Source: Sphyrna mokarran
Taxonomy: Eukaryota
NCBI GenBank assembly: GCA_024679065.1
Contig: JAGIQG010000002.1
Span: 79,360,001 to 79,424,000 of the forward strand
DNA: 64,000 nt
Direction: 5' to 3'
Positions 10,930 to 24,059 of the stretch are shown piece by piece (the first letter of the stretch is position 1; the number at the start of each line of letters is the position of its first letter). The notes beneath the pieces were generated by a model. It did not search any database and was not told the DNA's origin. It was given only the letters and a program-made list of their open reading frames with translations. The position numbers and the translations under genes are program-made.

Positions 10930-12912
10930 TGAAGTACACACACTGCAACACATCGGGGAGGAGTACGTCACCTGGGTACTTTGTACCAGAGGTGGTCACA
11001 CCGCTGAGGACAGATTCTTCTGATTTGGTCAGTGGTCAGGGACAGAAGAGCATGACCGTGAGTGAGGCAGTTAAGGGGATTCAGTGAGCAGGAACACAGG
11101 AACTACAACTGTTTCAGTTGGCTGACAGGTTTGAGGTATTTTCAGCTTATTTGGATAAGCTAATTGAGCTAAAAGTCGTTCAAGTGAGGGAAACAAGAAG
11201 AGATGTAGTGTTAGTAGGGGATAGTATATTCAGAAGGATTGATACTGTTCTCTGCAGCAAAGAACATGGGTCCAGATGGCTGTGTGGCCTACCTGGGGCC
11301 AGGGCTTGGGACTGAAGAGCAACTTGTTTTGGAGGTGGAGGAGCCAGTTATCATGATCCACGTGTGTACTAATGACATAGGCAGGACAAAGAAGAAAGTT
11401 CTGTACAGTCAGTATGACGACCAAGGCATCGAATCAAGAAGCAGAACCTCAAAGTACTGATAAGTACAATTTCATAACCAATTATAGAAACATAGATTAG
11501 GGTCTGAATATTGAAGGATACAGGATATTTCAGAGTGCACAGAATAGATCCGAGTACATAAATGTCTAAGGGATTGACCCAAAGTCTATGGTGAATTAGA
11601 AAGGTTAAAGATAGTACCAAACTTAAAGAAAAAACATATAATTATGCAAACAAACACAGGTGACAGATCAGAAAAATGGACAGAAAGAAAAAACAGTAAT
11701 GAATAAAAGATTAATAAGGAGGGAAAAATGAGAGTATGAGAAAAACGTAGTAAGAGTTTAAAAAAAAGCGAAGTTAACAAAGTGAGTGTTGGCCCAATAG
11801 AAAATGAATCTGGAGAACTGGTAGTGGGCAACAAGGAGACGGCAGATTAATTGAACAGGTATTTTGCAAAAGTTTTCACTATTGAGGATACAAGTAACAT
11901 CCTAGGAACAGTTATAAACCAGGAAATTGAAGGAGACAGGAACTCAGGAAAATTAGTCGCCAGAAAAGTGGTACTTGGTAAATCATTGGATCTGTGGGCT
12001 AACAAGAGCATGGGTCCGAAAGTGTATAGTAAGATAGTTGATGGATGGTTTTAATTTTACAAATAGGAGAGTCCTATTAGAATGGAAGATTGTAAATATA
12101 AGTCCATCATTCAGAAAGGGAGACAGAAAGTGGGAAGCTATAGTTAGCTTAACATCTGTGGTAGGGAATATATTAGAAAGTAATAAGTTATTGCTGGACA
12201 CTTTGAGCTCAATATGATCAAGCAGAGTCAACATGGTTTTATGAAAGGAGAATCATGCTTAACCAACTACTGGTATTCCTGAGGAAAGTAACATGTGTTG
12301 TAGATAATGGGGAACCGGGGGATTTACTGTTTTTAGATTTTGAGAAGGCATTTAATAAAGTACAACATTAAAAGTTATTGTAGAAAATAAAAGCTTATGT
12401 TATAGGGGCGAACATACTGGAAAGATTGGCTAACAGGAAACAAAGAGTAGGCACAAACTGGTCTTTTTCAGGAAGGTAGCATATGAGTGCTATGCCACAG
12501 GGATCAATTGCTTACAAATTATAAAAGTGACTTGGATGAAAGGTTTGCAGAGAGGGTTACCAAATTTGCTGATGACATAAAGATTGACAGGAAAGTAAGT
12601 TGTGTAGAGGACATAAGGCTTTCCCCTGATTCCTAAGAACTTCAGTTTTACTGGTGCTCTTTGACTCTGTACTAAGTTAAATGATGCCTTGATTTCAGGG
12701 GCAGTCAATCTCAATCTTAAAAGCTAGTTTAAGTGAATGAGCAAAGATCTGGAGCTTAATGTGAGAAAATGTAAAAGTACCATTTGGCAAGAAGCAAAAA
12801 AAAAAAAGCAAATTATCTAAATGGTGAGACTTTGCAAAGCTCTGAGATGCAGAGGGACCTAGCTGCTTTAGTGCATGAATCATAAAACGCTAGTAAAGCA
12901 GGTATAGCAGGT
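10930..12912 (+). mobile_element. Decayed CR1 LINE with ORF1 SGNH-esterase-like domain and internally deleted ORF2
   Basis: VVLVGDSIFRRID...LPGARAWD (ORF 11118) and IHVCTNDIGR (ORF 11239) are CR1 ORF1 esterase motifs. ORF2 motifs LNRYFAKVFT, QHGFMKGESCLTN and KFADD follow. Confidence 0.85.
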
Positions 12913-12914
12913 AG

Positions 12915-13245
12915 GGAGGCATGAGCAGTGATTAGCAATAGTGCCAAAGAACATGGTTCGATTCTGAATTTAAGTGACTCTGTGTGGAGTTTACATGTTC
13001 TCCCTGTGTCTGCATGAGTTTACTCTGGGTGCTCCCATTTCCTCCCACAGTCCAAAGATGTGCATGCTACATTGCCCCTTAGTGCCTCAAAATGTACTGG
13101 TTAGGGAAATTAGTGGGGTAAATATGTCGAGTTGCAGAGATAGGGTAAAGATGGGCCTGAGGAAGAGGCTCAGTTGGAGAGTTGGTGCAGACTCAATAGG
13201 CTGAATGGTTTCCTCCACACTGTAGGGGGTTCTATGATTCCATGA
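12915..13245 (+). mobile_element. HE1-type V-SINE
   Basis: tRNA-like head (GGTTCGATTC), core tgtgtggagttt..tttcctcccacagtccaaagatgtg, CR1-like tail cactgtagggggttctatgattc. Confidence 0.8.
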
Positions 13246-13273
13246 CAAATTTACCATGAATTTTCCTTTTTCC

Positions 13274-13573
13274 TAGCCTTTTTCCTAGGATGGAGAAAGC
13301 TAGCATGAGGGGACATAGCTTTAAATTAAGGGGTGGTAGTTATAGGATGGATGTCAGAGGTAGGTTCTTTACCCAGAGGGCAGTAAGGGTATGGAATGCC
13401 CTGCCTGCTGCAGTTGTAGATGCGCCAAGTTTGGTGGTGTTTAAGAGGTTAGTAGATAAGTTTATGGACGAAAAGGGAATGGTTTAGGTTAGAGGGTCAT
13501 TGCTTTTTCCTAATTGGTCAGCGCAACATCGAAGGCCGAAGGACCTGTTCTGCGCTGTAATGTTCTATGTTCT
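13274..13573 (+). mobile_element. Young CR1 LINE 3' end
   Basis: ORF 13290..13487 is a CR1 ORF2 C-terminus. Same subfamily as 24060-24760 but more diverged. Confidence 0.9.
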
Positions 13574-14906
13574 TCTTGCATCTCCAATAAGGTGACCACT
13601 TACGCCAGCAGTTCGTATTTTATACTTGATATCCAATTCAACCCCCACGTATTGGAAGGATGTTTGTATGTTTCAAAGGTCAACTTACATGCTACAATTT
13701 ATGGTAACTGCTTGGTTACGGGGATAATGACAGACAAAAAAAAGTCTAAAGTAGCTCAGATCATTCTTGGATAATTAAACTATTTCAGAAGTGGCACTGG
13801 TGAGATCTAGGTGTCAATTAGCTGGCAATCTCTTTAGTCAGAATGTGGCAGAGATAAAACTAGAAATAGAATTAAAATACCGACTAAAAGTTACTAATGA
13901 CAAAGTGTAGTGGTGTATCGTAATGGGTTTTTTCCTGGTGATATCAGCAACTTACCACACCAACAATGAATGAGCCCCACTTTGTTCACATTATATTGTT
14001 GTTACTTAATGACCTAAAGACATCAATGACATTACAATCTTGCTGCTATCACAACAATGGATCCATTCTTCATTGGAACAGAATCAAGTACCTTGATAGA
14101 CAGAATTATTTATATTTCTGCTAATTACATAGAGTAGTACAGATGACTGGTAGTAATTACAACAATTTAACTGAGAGAGATCAAATGACATTATGAAATA
14201 GAAAAGCAGATGTGTTACAACTGTAATCTGAACCCTGAGATTACCGCTCTGAAATCATTCTATTACTGGTTATTGTTTCTGATTTATGTGCTGCATTTTG
14301 CATGTGTACGTAGGGGGTGGAGTTGGAAAGGTGGTCTTAAAGGTCACTGCATTGAGAATTTTTTTTGTGACTGTATCAAGCATTCATGCCTCTAGTTCTT
14401 AACGGATGACTACATCTGATTAAGAACCATGACGTCAATTGGGTTTATTACAGTATTACTGTAAAACTCTTTTTCCAGATTGTGGTACATTTCATTCCTA
14501 AAAATATCTCACCAATGCTTCTGATGAAAAGCTATACTTCTGCCGATAGAATGTCTGGCTCATCAAGTATCAATATGTCATTAACAATTCCTTAGGGACA
14601 TTGGATTGCTCGGAGTCTCAGCTTGTCTGAGCAAGTTACTGAATATTTTTGTCCAACTTCATGCCTGAGCACTCATTACTTAAGATTAGTATTCAGGACT
14701 TTAGACCTCAATGTCAAGGACCAGTAACATCTACAAGGACAACAAACAGTGCTTTGTCTTAAAAAAATACCTAATTTCACAAAAACAGTGTCCTTTTGGA
14801 AATGAAAGCCCTTCAATTATTGATCCTTATGTTTTTAACATTGCCAACCCTAGTAAACCAGTGTTCTTTCAGCACCACCAAGTGAGAGAGAGTTGAAACT
14901 ACATAC

Positions 14907-14981
14907 TGGTTTGAGTTCAGTCACATCCCATTGAAGATATTCAGCCACATGCATCATCTGACTGATGATCTGGTCAAGTTC
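14907..14981 (-). CDS. DGKB: Type I diacylglycerol kinase (DGKB-like) internal exon, 75 nt, EF-hand 1 exit helix
   Basis: Minus strand ttcctttcctctcctccag|GAACTTGAC...CTCAAACCA|gtatgt, phase 0-0. Translates [25 protein letters not shown] and supplies Glu12 of the EF loop DTDGNGSLDSSE. Confidence 0.95.
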
Positions 14982-17520
14982 CTGGAGGAGAGGAAAGGAA
15001 CATTTTAATTTAAAAAATGCAATCTGCGTTTAGCACGATTATCTTTTTGCAAATGCTTCAATAGAATATTATATTATTATTTAAATATTCTTCTGCTCAT
15101 GTAACTGCTAAGAAAAATCATAAATCACAGACAGTGTCAGGTAAACATTTATAAAAATAACAGTTATATGATATCATGCAGACTTGTATCCTTCATCACC
15201 TTTATTACTATTTCACTTAGATTGTCTCTTCTCAGTTAAACTCAATTTGCTCACAGCATCAGTTTTCAGATAAACTACAGTCAGTATATAGTTTAAAATG
15301 AATAGAAGCCAAATGTATTATCACAGTGACTGGTTTGCTATTACAACTATACCATCCTGAGCTTTCACTTTCAAACCCACTCTCACTGTCCATCTGTGAG
15401 CTCCAATGGTCCTAATAAGCTCAAGGCAAACAACTGGAACAACAGCCCGGATCACGAGAGTTTGGTAAAACAAGTGGCTGAATTTAACATCGCTCAGTGG
15501 TGGGCAAGAGCCTGACTTGGAAATACGCAGATTACCACGTTCCGCCCTGCTTTTGGAAATGGTCAGATAATAAGCGTAACAGCCAATTAACAGCTATCAT
15601 GTGGGAAGCCAGCCAATGACATGCAGGATGGATGTGCAGCTCCCCCAACTGGCGATCGGAAAGTTGGCCATGTAGGACCGAGAGGCAGGATGTGAACTGG
15701 AAATCAATAATGGCCACTCGTATTTGTGCTGAAGAATACAAATTCTGTTGAATTAGAATTTAGTTTTAAATGTGGGTGACTAACTGTCAGAATCTTTGTC
15801 AGGGAAGAAAGGACATTTGAATGCAGCTGACCCATTCATTCCCTGATAAATAGCAAGTGTTCAGGGAGATATTCAAAATCAGTCCTTTAGTTCTCTTTGT
15901 CTCTGTATAGATGGCAAAGAGATTGGAGCAACAAGCTGGCGAGGGACCCAGACTCAGACAATGCCAAGGTTTGACAATGACTTTCTGTGAGTTCTCCTCC
16001 ACGTTGTAAGTGATAGGCGAGAAGTCATCAAGCCCATTGATGAAAGAGGCCGTGTCCCAGCCAGACAAAAGTGGCCTGGATGGAGGTTGGAACAAAAATT
16101 AGCGTCATGTTTTTATAATATGAAGGCATCAATCACTTGTAAGGGATTGAGTAAAAATATTGTGGGTTAAATTATTTGCATTAGGCACAGGGAACACAAA
16201 TAAGTGGATAGAAAACTTGAAGATATCAGCAGCAGTGCTGTGTGTGCTGCGTCTGCTCACTGGCCAAAGTGAAACTGAGACTGAGCCACATGATGCACTG
16301 CCTTTCTAATGATGACATGCTACAATTCACTGAAGACACATCCTATTGAAAAGACAGGCAGGTGGGCAAAGGGGGTAGGGTTGCCTTGTTAATAAGAATT
16401 TAACTAAAATCAATAGCAAGAAGCAATATAGGGTCAAAAGATATAAAAGCTGTGCGAATAGAGTTGAGAAACTGCAAAGGTAAAAAGACTGTAATGGGAG
16501 TTATATTTCAGGCCTCCAAATAGTAGTCAGCATGTGGGGCACAAAATAAACTAGGAGATATAAAGGATATGTAAGGAAGGCAAGGTTACAGTGATCATGG
16601 GGCACTTTGATCTTCAGGTGAACTGGAAAAATCAGGTTGGTAGTGGATCCCAAGAAAAGGAATCCATGGAATGTTTATGGGATGGCTTTTTGGAACAGTT
16701 TGTGGTAGAACCCACCAGGAAAAGGCAACTCTGGATTTGATAATGTGTAATAAGGCAAGCTTGATAAGGGAACTTCATGTGAGTGAAACCTTAGGAGGCA
16801 GTGACCATAATACAATAAAATTCACCCTGCAGTTATCAGAGAGCGAAGGTGAAATCAGATATAACGGTATTACAGTTGAGTAAAGGTAACCACAGAGGCA
16901 TGAGAGAGAAGCTGACCGGAGTTTATTGGATGAGGAGCTTATCAGGAACGATGGTGAAGCAGCAATGACAGGAATAGTTTCTGCAAATAATTCGGAAGAC
17001 ACAACAGAACTTCATTCCAGGAAAGCAGCATACTAAGGGGAGGTTGAGGCAACTATGGTTTGCAAGTTATGTCAATAAAACAAAAGTAAAAGCCTACAAT
17101 GTGGCGAAAATTAGTGGGAAGCCTGGAGATTGGGGGGAGAAAAATCAACAGACGACAACTAAAAAAGCAATGGGGGAGATGATAAAGTATGAGGGTAAAT
17201 TAGCTAGTAATATAAAAGATAATTGCAAGACTTGTTTTAGCTTTATAAAGGGGATAGAGAGGCAAAAGTTGACATTGGACCATTAGAAAATTACAATAGA
17301 GAAGTAACAATGGGAAACAAAGAAATTGTGGAAGAACAAAATAGGTGCTTTGTACAAGTCTTCACAATGGAAGACACCAGTAACACACCAAACCATTCAA
17401 GGGAGTCTGGGGCAAAGTTGCGTATAGTGGTCATTACAAAGGGAAAGATTCTAGGGAAGTTGAAAAGTCTGAAGGTGGATTAATCATTTGGATCACGTGG
17501 ACTACACTCCAGAGTTCTAG

Positions 17521-17835
17521 GGGTGGCACTGAGGAACAATATGACATTACTGCAGTGTCAGGAACCTGATTTCAATTTTGTCCTCGGGTTGAGTGTCTGT
17601 CTGGAATTTGCACATTCTCCATGTGTTTATGTGGGTTTCCACTGAGTGCTCTGGTTTCCTTCCTCAGTCCCAAGATGTGCAGGCTAGGTGGATTTGTCAA
17701 GCTAAATTGCTCCTTAGCATCAGGGGATTAAAAGGGTAAATACATAGGGTTATGAGGATTGGGCATGGATGGGATTGTGGTTGGTGCAGACTCAAAGGGC
17801 TGAATAGCCTCATTCTGCATTGTAGGGATTCTATG
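17521..17835 (+). mobile_element. HE1-type V-SINE nested in CR1
   Basis: Core ggtttcc..gtgctctggtttccttcctcagtccc and tail gcattgtagggattctatg. Interrupts the host CR1. Confidence 0.8.
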
Positions 17836-18747
17836 AAGGAGATAGCTAAAAAGATTGTGGAGGCATGAGCGGTGATCTTCCAGGAATCACTGGAGTCAGG
17901 GAGAGTGCTAGAGAATTGGAAAATCACTAATGTAACACTACTGTTTAAGGGAGAGAGGGAGGCAAAAGATGGGAAAGTACAGGCCGGTTAGCCTGACCTC
18001 GGTCATTGGTAAGATTTTAGAGTCCATTATTAAGGATAAGATTTTGGAATACTTGAAAGTGCTTGGTAAAACAGAGTGAAGTCAGCATGGTTTTGTCAAG
18101 AGGAGTTCATGTCTGACAAATCTGTTAAAACTTTTTGAAGAGGTACCAAGCAGGTCAGACAAAAGAGAGCCAGTGGATATTACCTATTTGGATTTCCAGA
18201 AATTTTTGACAAGAGGCTGCTGAATAAAATAAGGCTCTATCATGTTAGAGGTAAGGTGCTAGCATGGACAGAAGATTGGCTGACTGACAAAAGACAGAGT
18301 GGGAATAAAGTGGTCCTTTATAGGATGGCAGCTGGTGACTAGTGGAGTTCTGCAGTGGTCAGTGTTAGGACCACAACTTTTCACTTCATACATCAATGAT
18401 TTTGATGCAGGAATAGAGGGCCTTATGGCTAAGTTTGTAGATGATACAAAGATAGGCAGAGTGTATTGAAAAAAATAGACTGGCTGCAGAAGGATTAGGA
18501 CAGATTAGGGGAGAGGGCAAAGTAGTGGCAGATGGAATATAAAGTGAAAAAGTGTGAGGTTATGCACTTTGGTGGAAAGAATAAAGCTGTAGACTATTTC
18601 CTAAATGGGGAGAGAAGTCAAAAATCAGAAGCGCAAGGGAACTTGGAAGTTCTAGTTCAGGATTCTCTTTAGGTTAACATGCAGGTCAAGTTGGTAGTTA
18701 GCAAGACAAATGCAGTGTTAGCATTCATTTTGATGGGAATAGAATAA

Positions 18748-19484
18748 TCTCTCTCTCTCAATATCAAAAAAAAAGGAGATAGTTATCAACTTCAGGAAGC
18801 ATAGTGGAGTATGTGCCCTTACCCACAACAATAGGGATGAGTTGAAATGGTCAAGAACTTCATGTTTTTAGACATCCAGCCCACTAACAACCTGTCCTGG
18901 TCCCTCCATGCTGACATTATAGTGAAGACACTATAAGTATCAACACCTATACTTTCACAGAAGACTAAAGGAAATTTGGCAATGTCAGCTACAACTCGCA
19001 CCAACATTTGCAGATACACCATAGAAAGCATTCTTTCCAGTTGTATCATAGTTTGGTATGGCTCCTGCTCTGTTCAAAACCACAAGAAACTACAAAGGGT
19101 CATGAACAAAGTCCATTCCATCACTCAAGCCAGCCTCCCACCCACTGACACTGTCTACACTTCCCACTGGAAAAGTGGCCAGCGTAATTAAGGACCCCTG
19201 AATTAGGGGTCACCTTAGGCATCATCCCTTCCACCTTCTTCTGTTGAGAAAAAGATATAAAAATCTGAGGGTATGTCCCAACCAATTCAAGAACAACTTT
19301 TTCCCTGCTGCCATCAGGCTCTTGAATGGATCTATCTTGCATTAAGTTGATCTTTGTCTACACCCTTGCTAAGACTGTAACACCACATTCTGCACTTCCT
19401 TTTTTCTCTATGTTTTCTCTATCACGCATAAGAAACCATACTTTTCACTGCATACTAATATGTGTGACAATAAATCAAATCAAA
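18748..19484 (+). mobile_element. Rex1/Babar-type LINE 3' fragment nested in CR1
   Basis: CRYTIESILSSCIIVWYGSCS (ORF 18976). Tail gtgacaataaatcaaatcaaa. Homologous to 5276-5990. Confidence 0.85.
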
Positions 19485-20139
19485 AATAAAAAAGCAGGGT
19501 GTACTGCTAAGTCTTTATAAGGCTCTGGTAAATCACATTTGGAATTTTGAGAGCAATCTTGGGCCCTGCATCTAAGGAAGGAAGGCCTTACAGAAGATCT
19601 AGTGGAGGTTCATGAGAATGATCACTGGCATGTAAGGCTTGACATATGCAGGAAGTTTGAGGACTGTACTCAATGGAGTTTAGAAGGGTGAAAGGGAATT
19701 TCATTGAAACTTAGAACATGTAAAGACTTGGATAGAGTGGACATGGAGAAGATGTTTCCATTAGTAGGAGAGACTAGGATCCAAGGGCACAACCTCAGAG
19801 TAAAGGGATGGCCTTTTAGAACCAAGATGAGGAGGAATTTCTTCAGCCAAAGGGTGATATAACCCTGGTAAGTGTGAAGTGATTCATTGTGGTAGGATAT
19901 ACATGAATTCATTGCCACTGTAGACTCCGGAGACCAAATCATTGAATGCATTTAAGAGAGAGATAGATAGGCTCCTGATTGGTAAGGGGATCAAAGATTA
20001 AAGCAAAAAGGCAGGAGAATGAAGTTGAGAAACATATCACCCATGATCAATTGATAGATAGAGTAGATTTGATGGGCTGAATGGTCTGATTTTGTTCCTA
20101 TCTTTTATGGCCCTAACACAGACTTCTGTTGTGATAATG

Positions 20140-21470
20140 TTAAAGGGTTCTGAGGGATAGGATTTATGACCATTTGGAAACGTGCAGTTTAATCCAGGAT
20201 AGTCAGCATGGTTTCATGAGGGGTAAATCCTGCCTCACAAGTTTGATTGAATGCTTTGAGAAGGTAACTAAGTGTGTAGATGAAGATAGAGCAGTTGATA
20301 TCATATATATGGATTTTAGTAAGGCGTTTCATGAGGTTCCCCATGGTAGACTCGAAGAAAGTGAGGAGGTGTGGGATAGAAGAAAATTTGGCTAATTGAG
20401 TAAGTAACTAGCTGTCTCAGAAGACAGGTGGTGGTGGTGGAAGGAAAATTTTCTGACTAGAGCCCAGTTACCAGTGGTATACCACAGGGATCAGTGCTGG
20501 GTCCTCTGCTATTTGTGATTTTTATCAATGACTTGGAAGAGGGGGCTTAAGGGTGGGTTAGTAAATTTACTGATGATACCAAGATTGGTGGAGTAGTGGA
20601 TGAGGTAGAGGGCTCTTGTAGGCTGCAAAGAGACATTGATAGGATGCAGAGTTGGGCTGAAAAGTGGCAGATGGAGCTAAACCCTGATAAGTGTGAGGTG
20701 ATTCATTTTGGTTGGACAAACTTGAATGTGGATTACAGAATCAATGGCAGGGTTATGAGGAATGTGGAGGAACAGAGAGATCTTGGGGTCCATATCCACA
20801 GATCACTGAAAGTTGCCACTCAAGTGGATAGAGCCGTGAAGGCGGCTTATAGTGTTTTAGCATTTATTAACAGGGGGTTTGAGTTTAAGAGCTGTGGGGT
20901 TATGCTGCAACTGTGCAGAACCTTGGTGAGACCACATTTGGAATATTGTGTGCAGTTCCGCTCACCTCACTATAAATATGTGGAAGCATTGGAGAGAGTA
21001 CAGAGGAGATTTACCAGAATGCTGCCTGGTTTGAAGAGTAGGTTTTATGAAGAAAGGTTGAAGGAACTGGGGCTTTTCTCTTTGGCATAGAGGAAGTGGA
21101 GAGGCAACTAAATAGAAGTTTATAACATGAGGAGGAGGATAGATAGGGTGGATGTTCAGAGACTATTTCCTCGAGTGGATGTATCTGTTACTGGTGAGCA
21201 TAACTATAAGGTTCATGGTGGAAATATAGGAGAGATGTCCGAGGTAGATTCTTTATTCGGAGTGGTTGGGGTGTGGAATGCACTGCCTGCCGTGATAGTG
21301 AGTTGGAAACTTTACAAACTTTGAAGCAGCTACTGGATAGGCACATGGAACACATCAGAATGATAGTGAGTGGGATAGCTTGATCTTGGGTTTGGACATA
21401 GTTCGCCATAACATTGAGGGCCAAAAGGACCTGTACTGTGCAGTACTGTTTTGTGTTTTTATGTTCTATG
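20140..21470 (+). mobile_element. 5'-truncated CR1 LINE (RT to tail)
   Basis: ORF 20174 (SQHGFMRGKSCLTSL..YMDFSKAF) and ORF 20596 (LVRPHLEYCVQF). Tail cctgtactgtgc..tatgttctat. Confidence 0.9.
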
Positions 21471-22509
21471 GAGTTGGAGAAACAATGAACCTAAAGGGTC
21501 ATCGGATATAGGGAAATGCACGTACAGAGATGTTAAATCACATTTCCCCTTAAAAAGCAATGAACAAGCTGTTATTTCTCTTTCCATAAGTAATGTTCGG
21601 TGGACAGGTCCATTTCAAGATTTCATGTCAGGAGAAGACAACAAGATGACAGTTCAATTTGAGTAGAGGGAATGTGTGGCACATTCTTGTAGCAGCAACA
21701 TGTAGTAATACTTCAGAAAACACTGCAGGAAGTGTCCATTGCTTTAAGCAGTTTTCAGTCAAAGTTCACACTAATCACCCTCCTGGCATTATCAGTCCTG
21801 ACCAGATCTTCTGTTTCATTCCTTTGTCCTCTTCCAGTAAGCCTCATCAATCTGCTGCATGCGTATTTCATATTTGATTATAAAACAATGCATGCAGAAA
21901 ATGTTGTTGCCAGGACAATAGATCAGTTTCCTGCCCATATGGACCTTAAGATATGATAGTTGCTGGAGTATCCCTCTACTGTCCTCCTTCAAAGCTTAGG
22001 GTTAAGATTGGTATAATTCTTGTAATTATGTGTTGCTGTTTTGTAAGGTTTCAAATGGGTTTATGATTATGGTTGCCAAGTAAGAGCCTTTAGGTTCAAA
22101 AGAAGCATATTAGGAACATCAGCAAATGCAGGCACTGTGGACTTCTGCAGAAGAAAACCCTCTTGGCAGAAAACAAAAGTGTAATAATTTAGTGGTCTAA
22201 AACCATCAAAAGACTTATGAAACATATGCTTTTCTATTCATGTGAATCTAGGCTGCTTGAGTCAATAATCATACAGGCTCCATCTGTAAAATCTTGGGGC
22301 TTTGCGCGATCTACAAAGTGGGAAACAGTAGAGCCCTATAAAAGTTCTCTATTATCTTAGCCCTCTATTCTCAACATTGGTCTTAACAACTCCCAAAACC
22401 TTCCCACCCTTAGATGAATTTTTCTTTTTTTTTTAAAATCTCACAATTACTTTGAAGTCTTTTTACTTTATGACTGCAGTAAGCTTTATATATAATCCAG
22501 TGAAGTTGA

Positions 22510-22680
22510 AAAAAACTTGCATTAATATGCCACCTTTCATAGCCAATTAATTGCTATTTGAAGTATTGTCCCTGTATCTTTGAAGACCGTCGCAGCAATC
22601 AAATTGCAAACAGCAAGATCACACTTCTGGATATGCTTACAACTTATATGTTGATCATTTTGATTAAGAGTTAATTTAAT
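22510..22680 (-). mobile_element. Decayed Deu-domain SINE 3' fragment
   Basis: The reverse complement resembles 37220-37360. Confidence 0.45.
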
Positions 22681-22789
22681 AATTAAACCTTCCAGCTTGC
22701 AACAAATAGTTTCCCAATATAAACAAGATAGCTTTGGGCTGTTTCAGTACAGCGTTCTAGTATTCTGCTTTTGACAGAAGCAAAAAGGT

Positions 22790-23125
22790 GACTAAGTTGA
22801 AACATATATGATCTGGAAGGATTTTTGATACAGTGGATGTGAAGAGAATGTTTTGTCTTGTGAAAGAATCAAGAACTCAGGGTCACTGTTTAAATAAGGA
22901 GTCACCCATTTAAGACATAGATGAGGAGAAATATTTTCTCCTAAAGGGTCATGAGTCTTTGGAATTCTCTTCCTGAAAAGGTGGTGAAAGCAGTGTCTTT
23001 GAATATTTTGAAGGCAGTGTTGCATATATTCTGGGTAAGCAAGGAGGTCTTGGGTTATCAGGGGTAGACAGGATGCAAATTTGAGGTCACCATCAGATCA
23101 GCAATTATCTTATTAAATGGCAAAG
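22790..23125 (+). mobile_element. Old CR1 3' fragment
   Basis: gagatgaggagaaatattttctc..tttggaattctcttcct, a CR1 ORF2 C-terminal region. Confidence 0.75.
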
Positions 23126-23177
23126 GCAACTCTTTAAAACTACTTTCTCTGGTAATGCATTCTAGATTAGAAATGTG

Positions 23178-23960
23178 GAAACATAGGGAAACATAGAAAC
23201 TAGAAGCGGGAGGAGGCCATTTGGCCCTTTCAGCCTGCTCCACCATTCATTTTGATCAGACTTATCATTCAATTCAATATCCTGATCCCCCTTCCCTCCT
23301 TATCCTTTGGTCCCTTTGGCACCTAGAGCTGTATCTAATTTCTTCTTGAAATCAGACAATGTTTTGGCTTCAACTACATTTGGTGGTAGTGACTTTCACA
23401 CATTGACCACTTTCTGGACATAGAAATTTCTCCTTATCTCAGTTCTAAAAGGTTTACCCCTTATCCTCAAACTATGACCCCTAGTTCTGCACTCCCCCAC
23501 CACTGGGAACATTCTTTCTGAATCAATCAACCAGGGTTGATTCAGAATTTTCTAAGTTTCTAAGAGATCCTCTCTCACTCTTCTAAAACTCCACCAAATA
23601 TAATCCTAATCAACTTAATCTCTCTCATATGACAGAACTGCCATCCCAGAAATCAGCCTGGTAAACCTTTGATGTATCTCCTTTATAGCAGAAACATCCT
23701 TCCTCATATAAGGACATCACAACCACCCACAATATTCTAGGTGTGGCTTTACCAATGCCCTACACAATTGCAGCAAAACATCCCTATCCCTATACTCAAA
23801 TCCTCTCACTGTGAAGGCCAATATTTCATTTGCCTTCTTTATTACCTGCTGTAATTGCGTGCTTACTTCAGCGACTGATGCACAAGGACTCCAAGGTCTC
23901 ATTGAGTATCCATTTCTCTCAATTTATACTGATTCAAGTAATAATCTGTCTTATTATTAT
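23178..23960 (-). mobile_element. CR1 3' fragment
   Basis: ORF 23717..23902 KKANEILAF..ALVKPHLEYC. Tail at 23180-23240. Confidence 0.85.
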
Positions 23961-24059
23961 CGCTAGAAGATCTAACATTAATGGGGCTAGCTAGCTTGTG
24001 TAAAGTTTTATCTCCAAGTATGGAAAACCATTGCTAGCTGCCAGTACATGTAACAGAAT

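Larger units (their letters stand above)
16330..20112 (+). mobile_element. Decayed near-complete CR1 ORF2 (APE to 3' tail) with nested SINE and Rex insertions
   Basis: APE motifs (ATLDLIMCN, LGGSDHNTI), RT motifs (YRPVSLTS, QHGF, KFVDDTK) and a 3' tail near 20100. Many stops and frameshifts. Confidence 0.88.

Noticed and set aside
14050-14095. Minus-strand NEEWIH resembling DGK EF-hand 2 (SLEEWI)
   Set aside because: There is an in-frame TGA just upstream, no DYD or GGMTTIPLLVLLG context and no splice sites. The next exon is probably left of position 1.
15475-16110. Possible Harbinger-type MITE (also 10310-10755 and 57718-57960)
   Set aside because: The ends are too degenerate to demonstrate TIRs by eye.
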